64,000 nucleotides of DNA from a virus (Duplodnaviria > Caudoviricetes): the IMG/VR virus record IMGVR_UViG_3300021958_000024. One strand, 5' to 3'. The position numbers were made by a program, and so were the translations under genes. Positions 46,698 to 57,100 of this stretch are shown here, piece by piece. Position 1 is the first letter of the stretch. Each line of letters begins with the position of its first letter. The notes below the pieces were generated by a model that saw only the letters and a list, made by a program, of their open reading frames with translations, searched no databases and had not been told where the DNA came from.

Positions 46698-46841
46698 ATG
46701 AAAAAACGGCGACCGTATTGGAACTTTTGGAAGGTTGTATTAGCAGGATGGATGATTAGGTATCCGAAAGTATTTCTTCGTATCTTAGGGATTCCGACAG
46801 GCATTGCATTAGTATGCATATATAAAGCGGTAACAAACTAA
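46698..46841 (+). CDS. Small membrane peptide (not in ORF track)
   Basis: MKKRRPYWNFWKVVLAGWMIRYP..., 47 aa. Confidence 0.55.
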   Translation: MKKRRPYWNFWKVVLAGWMIRYPKVFLRILGIPTGIALVCIYKAVTN

Positions 46842-46874
46842 GAATGATTGAAAAAATCGGCGGTAAATTTTTAT

Positions 46875-47066
46875 ATGGATAAAGTTTATCACATATATGC
46901 AAAAGATAGATGTATTATTCATAATGTATCAGAGGAAGACTTTGATACAGTATGGAGGACTTTGAATACTCTGGTAGAGTTTTTAAATACGGAGTATAAA
47001 TCAGAGGATCTAAGTTACTTAGAGTGTTTATCTAGTAGGGACAATACGATAAACGCATCGTATTGA
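46875..47066 (+). CDS. Small hypothetical protein
   Basis: MDKVYHIYAKDRC...ASY. Confidence 0.6.
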   Translation: MDKVYHIYAKDRCIIHNVSEEDFDTVWRTLNTLVEFLNTEYKSEDLSYLECLSSRDNTINASY

Positions 47067-47091
47067 CAAGAGATAAATAAGACGTTAGAGT
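47063..47091 (+). promoter_or_regulatory. Overlapping early (TTGACA-17 nt-TAGAGT) and late (ATAAATA) promoters
   Basis: TTGACA at 47063, ATAAATA at 47073-47079. Confidence 0.55.
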
Positions 47092-47116
47092 TTGATTTGA
47101 GGTTGATTATTCACTC

Positions 47117-47896
47117 ATGGCAAAAGGATTCACAGTAAAAGCAAAAACCCCCACAGCGGGCGCACCAGTTGAGGACTGGGATTATGAAGCAATCAAAGAG
47201 AGGATGCGAGGCAAGAGCATTGTATTCTGTCTACCAGGAAGGGGATGTTCATTTACATTTCTAAAAGCATTTGTACAGTTAGCATTTGACTTAGTACAAA
47301 ACGGAATGAGTATTCAGATTTCACAAGATTACTCATCGATGGTCAACTTTGCACGTTGTAAGTGTCTTGGTGCAAATGTACTACGTGGACCTGATCAGAT
47401 TCCCTGGGATGGAAAACTACAGTATGATTATCAACTATGGATTGATAGTGACATTGTTTTCAACACTCAAAAGTTTTGGCAACTATGTGATCTAGCAGTA
47501 CCAGCAGAAGGGGAAGAGAAAGAGATTGTTGCTGGTTGGTATTCTACAGAAGATGGTCGTACTACATCAGTAGCACATTGGTTAGAGGAGGATGATTTCC
47601 GTAGTAATGGTGGTGTCATGAATCATGAAATGGTTGATGGTATCAGCAAGCGTCGTAAGCCATTCACTGTTGATTATACAGGATTCGGATGGGTTATGAT
47701 TAAGAATGGTGTATTTGAGCATGAGGATATGAAGTATCCATGGTTTGCACCTAAGATGCAAATTTTTGAGTCTGGTGCAGTACAAGACATGTGTGGAGAG
47801 GATGTGTCATTCTGTCTCGATGCTATTGAAGCAGGATTTGAAATCTGGTGTGATCCACGTATTCGTGTAGGACATGAAAAAACCCGAGTCATCTGA
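47117..47896 (+). CDS. GT-A-fold glycosyltransferase-like protein
   Basis: FAR..., WIDSDIVF (DxD), TGFGWV, GEDVSFC, VGHEK. Confidence 0.75.
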   Translation: MAKGFTVKAKTPTAGAPVEDWDYEAIKERMRGKSIVFCLPGRGCSFTFLKAFVQLAFDLVQNGMSIQISQDYSSMVNFARCKCLGANVLRGPDQIPWDGKLQYDYQLWIDSDIVFNTQKFWQLCDLAVPAEGEEKEIVAGWYSTEDGRTTSVAHWLEEDDFRSNGGVMNHEMVDGISKRRKPFTVDYTGFGWVMIKNGVFEHEDMKYPWFAPKMQIFESGAVQDMCGEDVSFCLDAIEAGFEIWCDPRIRVGHEKTRVI

Positions 47897-48044
47897 TCCA
47901 AGGGTTACAATCTATTATGATGGAAAGATCCTTTATAAAGATTTAACTTACGATGAAACAACTGAGATGCTTGACGAAATGGCATCTCAGTTTTATGATA
48001 ACAATGCATACGATCCAAACAAAATCGAACTGGAGATTAACTGA
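47874..48044 (+). CDS. Small hypothetical protein (not in ORF track)
   Basis: MKKPESSDPRVTIYYDGKILYKDL...IELEIN*, 56 aa. Confidence 0.5.
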   Translation: MKKPESSDPRVTIYYDGKILYKDLTYDETTEMLDEMASQFYDNNAYDPNKIELEIN

Positions 48045-48046
48045 TT

Positions 48047-48190
48047 ATGGCAAAGCGACCTAGTTTTACTGGCGGGCAAAAGATTGAGTCCAAACCCAAA
48101 TCTACCCTTCAGGGTCAAGGGAAGAACACAAAATATGCTGCCACATCTCGTAATAATGCTCGCAAACCTTATCGTGGTCAGGGCAAGTAA
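48047..48190 (+). CDS. 47-aa highly basic peptide (not in ORF track)
   Basis: MAKRPSFTGGQKIESKPKSTLQGQGKNTKYAATSRNNARKPYRGQGK*. Confidence 0.7.
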   Translation: MAKRPSFTGGQKIESKPKSTLQGQGKNTKYAATSRNNARKPYRGQGK

Positions 48191-48488
48191 TGAAAGTCTT
48201 TGATGAATACTCACAAATTCATCAAGATGACCTTTGGGTTTATAATAAACTTATTTTAAGTCGGAAACTTGTGGACCTTCTGGAGTCCCTGTACCCAAGT
48301 TTCCGACTTTTTTATTGTCAGACCTTGTATGAATTTTATGGGTATGGGGCGCTTTACTCGGAAAGAACCGATTTTAACCGTAAGAGGCATACAAAATCAC
48401 GGAAAAGCTCTCTATAAATGGGAAAAATGGTAAATATAAGTATATGGAAGATCCAGATTACTTAAGAAGGGGATTTTTAATAGACTGA
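48190..48488 (+). pseudogene. Degraded gene remnant (possibly ATP-grasp-like)
   Basis: Coherent fragments in shifting frames: DLWVYNKLILSRKL / CGPSGVPVPK / SDFFIVRPCMNFMGMGRFTR / LYKWEKW* / EDPDYLRRGFLID*. Confidence 0.6.
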
Positions 48489-48541
48489 TACGGGATAGAA
48501 ACCCCGTAAAAAGTTCTGTTAACATAACTAGGAGTAAAAAG

Positions 48542-48784
48542 ATGGCTATCCATCCAGAACCAGATAGAGATGTAAACTATATGAAAGAGATTTGGGGAAC
48601 AACAAGCTTAATCACCGATTATTGGGCAGGAAGATCAAAACCTAAAATGCTTCGTGAGATTGCAGAAGACGATATGACACCTAAAAAGCATGATTTTAAA
48701 GTGCAAAAAGAGGTTCATGAAAGGATTCGAAATGATGATGACTATGATGACTGGGAATATGGAACAGAACCTATATTTGGGTGA
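48542..48784 (+). CDS. Hypothetical protein
   Basis: 80 aa, AGGAG RBS, ends DDYDDWEYGTEPIFG. Confidence 0.7.
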   Translation: MAIHPEPDRDVNYMKEIWGTTSLITDYWAGRSKPKMLREIAEDDMTPKKHDFKVQKEVHERIRNDDDYDDWEYGTEPIFG

Positions 48785-48812
48785 TAAATAAACATAGTTT
48801 AAATACTATTAA

Positions 48813-49214
48813 ATGCCATTAGAACGGGTATCAGCGGGTTTTAAGGATATTAGTGCAAGTTTTCAGTTTAACCCACTGAATAGGGACCTTATTGCAATCA
48901 AAAATGAGACCGCAATAGCCCGTTCTATTCGAAATATTGTAATGACTACCCCTGAAGAGAAACCATTTAATCCAAGATTTGGTTCTAGAGTATCAGATCT
49001 TTTATTTGAAAATATGGATTTTGCTACTGCAGCACTAATCAAGGATCAAATAAAAAATTCTATTGAAAACTATGAACCAAGGGTAAAACTTGATGAAGTT
49101 ATTGTCATTCCAGACTATGATAATAGCGAATTTAATATTACTATTAAGTATTTTATCATTGGTATAGATGCTTTACCACAACAACTATCGTTCGTATTAC
49201 AGCCTACTAGATAA
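48813..49214 (+). CDS. gp25: Baseplate wedge subunit gp25
   Basis: AI.RSIRN...EKPFNPRFGS...LLFE...ENYEPRV; ATAAATA at 48784-48790. Confidence 0.92.
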   Translation: MPLERVSAGFKDISASFQFNPLNRDLIAIKNETAIARSIRNIVMTTPEEKPFNPRFGSRVSDLLFENMDFATAALIKDQIKNSIENYEPRVKLDEVIVIPDYDNSEFNITIKYFIIGIDALPQQLSFVLQPTR

Positions 49215-51131
49215 ATGGCAATAGTAAACTTCACAAATTTAGATTTTGATCAGATAAAAGATAGTATAACGCAATATCTAAGATCAAACTCAAACTTTAC
49301 GGATTATGATTTTCAGGGATCTAATCTATCAACTATTATTGATGCTCTAGCATACAACAGTTACATATCAGCATATAATGCTAATATGATAACCAATGAA
49401 GTTTTTATTGATAGTTCTACATTAAGAGAGAACGTAGTATCTTTGGCAAAGCATATTGGATACTTACCAAGATCCAGAAACTGTTCCAAAGCTATTATAT
49501 CATTTATTGTCAATCTATCATCTGGTAATATATCACCAACTTACTTAACTTTAAAATCTGGCATTATCTGCACAACCCAAGTTGGATTCACTAAAACCAA
49601 CTATATTTTCTCCTTAAGAGATGATATTGTTGCTCCTGTTGTAAATGGGATTGCAGTTTTTAATAATGTTGAGATTCTAGAAGGAAGTCTAGTCTCACAA
49701 TCATTTACTGTTAATAGTATTCTTCCAAATCAGAGATATATTTTAGATAATGCAAATATTGATACTAATACTATTAGGGCAGTCGTAAGAAAAAGTGCCG
49801 AAAGTTCTGTTACTGAGGTTTTCAGTCTTTGTAAAGACTTTTGTGCTATTGGATCAGAATCTAGAGTATTTTTCCTACAAGAGATTGAAGACCAAAGATA
49901 TGAGATAATCTTTGGTGATGGAGTATTTGGTAGGAAACTTGAAGATGGTAATATTGTAGAACTCTCTTATATTGTTAGTGATGGTGGCGAAGAATCTAAT
50001 AATATTGAGACCTTTAAGTATGTTGGCAAGATTTATGATAATAATAACAGATTTGTAGATGCTGGCATTTCTCTAGTATCTTCTGATGGACCATCTCAAG
50101 GTGGTAGAAACATTGAATCCATTGATTCTATTAAAAAGTTTGCACCTAGATTATATTCTGCTCAAGGTAGAGCGGTCACTTCATCAGATTATGAAGCTAT
50201 AGTTACTCAGATTTATCCCGAAGCAGAATCAGTTTCTGTTTTTGGTGGTGAAGAGTTAGATCCACCACAATATGGTAAGGTTTTTATTACTATCAAACCA
50301 TATGAGGGAGATATCTTACCAATATCAGTTAAAAATAATATCAAAGATTCTTTAGGTAAATATGGTGTTGCTGGTATTAGACCAGAGATTATTGACCTTA
50401 AATACCTCTATGTTGAATATGATAGTAGTGTTTACTATGATATCAATAAAGTTGGCAGTGTAAATTCATTGAGATCAAACATTGCAGATTCTATTGAAAG
50501 ATATGCAGACTCTGTTGAGTTGAATAAGTATGGTGCTAGATTTAAATATAGTAAGTTCTTGAAGATTATTGATGATACTGATGCATCTATCACATCAAAC
50601 ATCACTAAAATTACTATAAGAAGAGATCTAAAAGCATCTATTAATGCTTTAGCTGAATATGAGATTTGTTATGGTAATAGTATACATGTTAATAACTGTG
50701 ATGGTTATAATATAAGGTCTTCTGGATTTAAGGTCTCTAACTACGTTGATACTGTCTATATTACCGATATTCCTAAAAGAGGGGGTATGGGTGAGATAAT
50801 CCTGTTTAAGTTGAATGGAGGCGTTCCTGTAGTGCTTAGAAGGAACTATGGGAAGGTGGATTATAAGAAGGGTGAGATTGTTCTATATCCAACTATTATT
50901 ACCTCTACAGAAAAAATCAAGTTCAATACCTCAGTTATTGAAATTTCTGGATCTCCATCTTCAAATGATGTTATTGGATTACAAGATCTATATCTTCAGT
51001 TAGACACTACAAATAGTATGTTAAATATGATTAGAGATTCAATATCTTCTGGGGAAGATACTTCAGGATCCTCGTTCATAACCTCATCAAGCTACACAAA
51101 CTCAACCAGCGGACAGTATATAAGAAACTAA
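49215..51131 (+). CDS. gp6: Baseplate wedge subunit gp6
   Basis: LDFDQIK...DYDFQGSNL...NEVFIDSSTLRENVVSLAK, FGDG..G, ESIDSIK..AP...QGRAVT..DY. Confidence 0.93.
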   Translation: MAIVNFTNLDFDQIKDSITQYLRSNSNFTDYDFQGSNLSTIIDALAYNSYISAYNANMITNEVFIDSSTLRENVVSLAKHIGYLPRSRNCSKAIISFIVNLSSGNISPTYLTLKSGIICTTQVGFTKTNYIFSLRDDIVAPVVNGIAVFNNVEILEGSLVSQSFTVNSILPNQRYILDNANIDTNTIRAVVRKSAESSVTEVFSLCKDFCAIGSESRVFFLQEIEDQRYEIIFGDGVFGRKLEDGNIVELSYIVSDGGEESNNIETFKYVGKIYDNNNRFVDAGISLVSSDGPSQGGRNIESIDSIKKFAPRLYSAQGRAVTSSDYEAIVTQIYPEAESVSVFGGEELDPPQYGKVFITIKPYEGDILPISVKNNIKDSLGKYGVAGIRPEIIDLKYLYVEYDSSVYYDINKVGSVNSLRSNIADSIERYADSVELNKYGARFKYSKFLKIIDDTDASITSNITKITIRRDLKASINALAEYEICYGNSIHVNNCDGYNIRSSGFKVSNYVDTVYITDIPKRGGMGEIILFKLNGGVPVVLRRNYGKVDYKKGEIVLYPTIITSTEKIKFNTSVIEISGSPSSNDVIGLQDLYLQLDTTNSMLNMIRDSISSGEDTSGSSFITSSSYTNSTSGQYIRN

Positions 51132-51135
51132 AAAT

Positions 51136-54100
51136 ATGGAAAAAGTATCTCTTAATAGTCTTGTAGAAAATCTTGTTCCCGAGTATGTTAGGGAAGAGTA
51201 TCCCCTGCTTGTAGAGTTTTTAAAAGAATACTATATCTCACAAGAAACTTCTGGGCAATCTCTAGACCTTATTCAAAATCTAGCAGAATATGTCAAGATT
51301 GATAACTTGACAAACCTAGTAGATTCTTGCAATCTAACTGCAAGTATTTCTTATTACGAAAAGGATATCTTTGTAGATACTACTAGAGGATTTCCATCTT
51401 CGCAAGGTCTTATTCAGATCAATGATGAGGTTATTTTTTATGATAGATCTGTAGAAGAGGAACCTATTGAGTTTGTTGGTAAGATTGATATTGGATTTAA
51501 TGAGATTACCAGTACTGAAGTTGAGGACACTACATCTACTGTTGGTTGGTATGTAAGAGTTTATAACTTAGATGAATCTAAATTTATTGGCGAAGGTCTT
51601 GTAACTGGCACCAATGATGGTAATAATATCAAAGTCAACTTTACACCAGTACCTTCTTCAGATATTGATGGATATGAGACTTCTGACCTATACATCTGTA
51701 AGATCACCAGATCCAAGTTTACGGGGTGTAGAAGGGGTTTCTCGGGGGTTACAGGACTAAAGGATAGTGTAACGTCGAATAAACTCATTTTCACGTCTAC
51801 GAAGGCATCTAAGCATAAGAATGGTGATGTTGTAACCAACTTAAATATCATCTTACTCAAAGAGTTTTTTAGAAAAATAAAAGTCCAGATTGCTCCTGGA
51901 TTTGAAAATGAGGAGTTTTATGACGTTATTAATGAGTCAACTTTTGTAAAAAATATTAAAGAGTTTTATAGATCCAAGGGTTCTGAATGCTCATTTGATT
52001 TATTATTCAAAGCATTATATGGAAAACCAGTAGATATTGTTATTCCAAGTAACTATCTGGTAGAACCTTCTAGTTCTAGATATTCCATCACAAAAAATCT
52101 TATTGTAGAACTTATTGAAGGTGATGCAAGCGAGTTAGAAAATAGAACATTATACCAAGATACCCAGTTTAATATTCCAAATACAAGGGGTATTATTACA
52201 AAACTAGAAAAACTGCAAAAAGATAATAAAGATTTTTATCGTTTATATATTGATAACTCTATTGAGGAAAACTACGATTCCACATATGGAAACTTTACCA
52301 TTCATCCTAAAACTAAAAATACTACACGTATAGAAAAAAATCAAACATTTGTTGATGTTGATTCAACCATTGGATTTCCTCTTAGTGGAACTTTAGTATT
52401 AAAAGATGACTTCAACCTAGAATATCGCGTAGAATATACTTCCAAAACATCTACACAGTTTTTGGGATGTACTGGATTAACAAGAGATTTTGAAGAGAAT
52501 AGTGATATTAATCTAGATGTATATTCGTATGTCAATGTTACGGGTGGTCAAGTTAAAGTACGTGTAACAGGTGTTCTTGATAATAGTATTGAATCTACTA
52601 TATTACCATCGGTAAAAAATCTAAGAAAAAATGATTATCTTCCAATAAAAACACTTGGTACTGAAATAAAAAATGATCCAAGATCTTCTTCTTGGATTTA
52701 TAACATTCCCAAAACTTATCAAGTAAAATCTATTGAGTTATTAGATAACACTGATTTTGCTTACAGAGTTTATTTTTATGAAAAGCATGATCTATCAGTT
52801 GGTCAAAACATTACTCTAACCCCAGTATCTGACATTTCTGGTTCCTATAATGGGGCTGTTGTTGAATGGAATAACCAGTTTTCTGTTATTGTAAGAGGTA
52901 GTAGAGTATTTTTAAATGAAAATATTAAATATGATTTAGAGAAAAAACTAAACAAATCAAACTTTGATGGAATAATCAACTATCCAGCTGATGTTCAGAA
53001 TACTTATTATGACAGAAAAACAGATGACATTTATGTAAACTCGCAATCTTTACCACTTTATAGACCATCTTTTGAAGTTGAAGAGTTAAATGTAAATAAA
53101 AGAATACGTGCATTTTCTGGCATATTTAAAGATCAAGACACTTTAGATATTGGTAAACATGGTTTTATAACTGGAGATGCTGTAGTATACAAACCCAGAA
53201 CTGTTTCATATATCCCAAGTTATACTCTTGATGCAAATGGTGTAAGAAGCTATAAGTTTATCAATAATGAAACTGGAGATTATGAGAATAATCCAACTTT
53301 GGTTCTAATAAGAGGTAAAAAATATACCTTTAGAAATGATATGAATCAACACCCCTTTAGGATTCAGATAGAATCCAATGGGACAGTTAGTGATCAATAC
53401 AATGATGGCATTAAAAATAATGATGTAAGTAATGGCGTATTAGTTTGGGAGGTTCAAGAAGATACTCCAGATGTTTTATATTATCAATGTTTGAACCATC
53501 AAGCAATGGGTGGTGTAATCAATATTATTGACGAAGATGAGCAAAAATCTTTAGATATTGATAAAGGAATATATTTTATTGAAAAAGTATCGCCAACTCA
53601 GATTAAACTTTATAGAAGTAGAACAAATATAGTTAAAGGTCAGTCAGTAAAATTTAGTGGCGTCGTTATCCAAGATACTATTGAATCGTATGATTATGTT
53701 TACAAAAATCTTGACAGTAGAAAGATAGAACCTCAGGATATCATCAGAAAAATAGTTCGTCACCCAGGACATGAAAATTCTAATGTATCAGCAAAGATTA
53801 CTGAATCAGGTACTATTGGTATTTGGAGAAATGGTATTGAACTATTAAACTATAAATCTAAAGATTTCATCTCTTATGGTCAAATTAAATCTCTAGACGT
53901 TCTTTCAAAAGGTTCTGGTTATGATGTAATCAATGTTCCTTATTTGCGAATTACTGATCCAAACGGTTCTGGATGTGTATCTAACCTTTCGGTAAAAGGT
54001 TATTTAAGTAGAATCGATATATTAGATAAGGGATTTGATTATATTGAAACTCCAGTGATAAAAATATCTGGGGGTAATGGAACTGGAGCAAAAGCAGAAG

Positions 54101-57100
54101 TAGAACTTGAAAAATATGTCCATTTTTCAACTTTTAATGCTTCTGAAGTAGATCTTGTAAATGATAGTATCGGTTTTTCTACTTATCACAAGTTTAAAGA
54201 TGGAGAATCCATTCAATATGAAACTTTGGGTCAAGTAGCTATTGCTGGTTTATCCACATCTTCATATTATTTTGTATCTCTTGTTGATAGTTACAATGTG
54301 AAGTTGCATAAATCCAAATCTGATGCTTTAGATAATAGAAATCCAATCAATCTGTATCAAATAGGAACTGGAAAGCACAATTTAAAGTCCACAAATAGAA
54401 AAAATAGAGTAAAAAGAGTAAATATTTCCCAAAATGGATATGGTTATGAGCAAAAATACAGATCATGTCCATCTTCTGGCATTAGTACATATAAAGATTT
54501 GATTGAAATCAAAGATCATGGTTATCAAAGTGGAGAAATAGTCACCTATAATCCAAAAATTGCTCCAGTTGCTGGTCTTTCATCTGGAACGGACTATTAT
54601 GTACTAAAAAATGATGATGATTCTTTCAGATTATGCGCTATTACAGGAATTTCAACACAAAAAGACATTTTTTATAAGCAGAAAAAGTATATTAACTTTG
54701 ATGGATTTATAGAGGGCGATCATACGTTCAAATATCAGGATATTGTAGTCACAATTGAGGGAAGATCTTCATTAAGTCAGGAAGATCTTAATGCTGATAC
54801 AAATGCTAGAATAAGACCCATTTTTAGTGGTGAAATTGATAGTGTTTTTATCGAAAATGGTGGTCAAAAGTACGGATCTCAAGTTTCAAACTTTGTTTCT
54901 CAACCAAATATTCAGATTTTACAGGGCAGAAATGCTAGATTAAAACCCATTATTAAAAATGGCGAGATTATTTCTGTAATAATCCAAGATCCAGGAAAAG
55001 ATTATTATTCCACACCAGATGTTTCTGTAATTGGTACTGGAGTTGGTGCAAACTTGATTCCAATCGTAAAAGATGGTTATATTTCTGATATTATAATCGA
55101 AAATCCTGGAATCGGATATCAATCTGAAGGTACTCAAGCACTTGTAGTCAACAGAGGAATCTCTGGTAGTATTTCTGCAAATATTCAGACTTGGAGAATA
55201 AATCTCGTTGAAAGATATGTTTCGACTGGACTGATTTCACCAGAAGATTCTTTCCTGTATGAAGGAAAAACAAAATCAAGAGGAATTCAATATGTTCATA
55301 CATATGCACCAAGAAAACTTAGAGAGATTTCTCTTGCTAGTAGATTCTTAAATGGTGTTGAAGTTTTTAATCCAGATTTAGAACTTATTAATGGAGTTGA
55401 ATCAGTTTCTTTAGCACATTCTCCAATTCTTGGATGGGCATATGATGGAAATCCAATCTATGGTCCATACGCTTATTCATCACAGACTGGTGGTAGAATA
55501 ATCCAGATGACTTCAGGATATGAATTAAGAACTGATTTAAACAAAGACAAAAATAGACCAAATCTAGTAGATTTTCCACCAGGATTTTTTATTGAAGATT
55601 ATACATTCACTGGAAATGGTACATTGGATAAACATAATGGAAGATATTGTGTTACTCCAGATTATCCAAATGGTGTTTATGCGTATTTCTGTACTGTAAA
55701 CACTGAGGTTGATTCAAATGGATTATTTAAATCATATAGAAGACCAGTTTTCCCATATGTTATTGGGAATGCATATATTTCTTCTCCTACAGAGTTCAAC
55801 TTTAAGTCAACATCAACTTTAGAATACTTTGATCTAAACACTTCTGATTTGACTAGAAATACTGCTCCATACAGCTTGCTGGCAGATACTATTAACTATC
55901 CATATTTAAAATATGATAAAGCATATAGAAATCAAAACGCAATCGTAAAATCTACAAAGTTTGGATCAGTAACTAGTGTTGGTATTGTTACTGGTGGTTA
56001 TAACTACAAAGTTGGAGATAGAGTTGTATTTGACGGACAAATTGATACATTTAAAGCAAAAGGTATGGTTAGCAAAGTAAAGGGGGTAGATGTTGAATCT
56101 ATCAGTTTACTTCACTCCGAATCGCAAAAATGCAATATTATAAAAACCAGTAAAGTATTCACTGCATTTACTGAAGACCCACATGGTTATACTCCTGGGG
56201 AGAGTGTAACATTAACATTCAATAATGAACTATTAACAACAACTGAGATAAATGTTAAGTTTAATATAATAACATTAAAGCAAAATCTTGATATTCCTTC
56301 AGTAACTGGAATTGTTACTCATATTTCTGTTGCAACTATTTTTGATTTGATTTATCCAAATGATGTTTATGAACTTAATAATGAAAAAATAAAGGTTTTA
56401 AGAGTAGAATCTAACAAGTCTAGATTATTAGTTCAAAGGGAATATGATGGTTCTATTGGATCAACTCACCAAGTATCTTCAGGATTTATTGAAGTTCCAA
56501 GAAAGTTCACCTTTAGTCCACAAAATTCTTTCATAACAACAAGTTTTACAAACTCTCTAGAAAATCCGTTATATTTTATCCCCTCAGAAAATGTTGGATT
56601 GAATACAGTAACAATCAATATAAGCAATCATCCTCTTATTACTGGTGATTTACTAGATTATTCAAATGAAGGTGGAACTTCTATAACCGTAGAAAATGAA
56701 AACGGATCATTCTTACTTTCTGATGTTGAACAGATTTATGCTGTAAAAATAAACAGCAATCTGATTGGTTTGACAACTGTATCTTCTGGAATCACCACAG
56801 ATCCACAACTATTGTTATTCACTAATGTTGGACTGGGTTCTGTTCACAGTCTAACTCCAAGATATTCAAATGTTTTAGAGTGTGATATTTCAGATGATAG
56901 AGTATTAGTTACTACAAGTACTCCACATGGTCTTTCTGTTGGCGATAGATTTGATCTTTATGTAGAATCGGGCATTTCTACAACTTATAAAGTAGAATAT
57001 AACAAACGAAACAGAGCTGTTATCATTGGAAGAAGAGATTTTGAGTCTTCTGATGTAAATACTTTAAAAAACTTCATTACAATAGAAAACCATAAGTATC

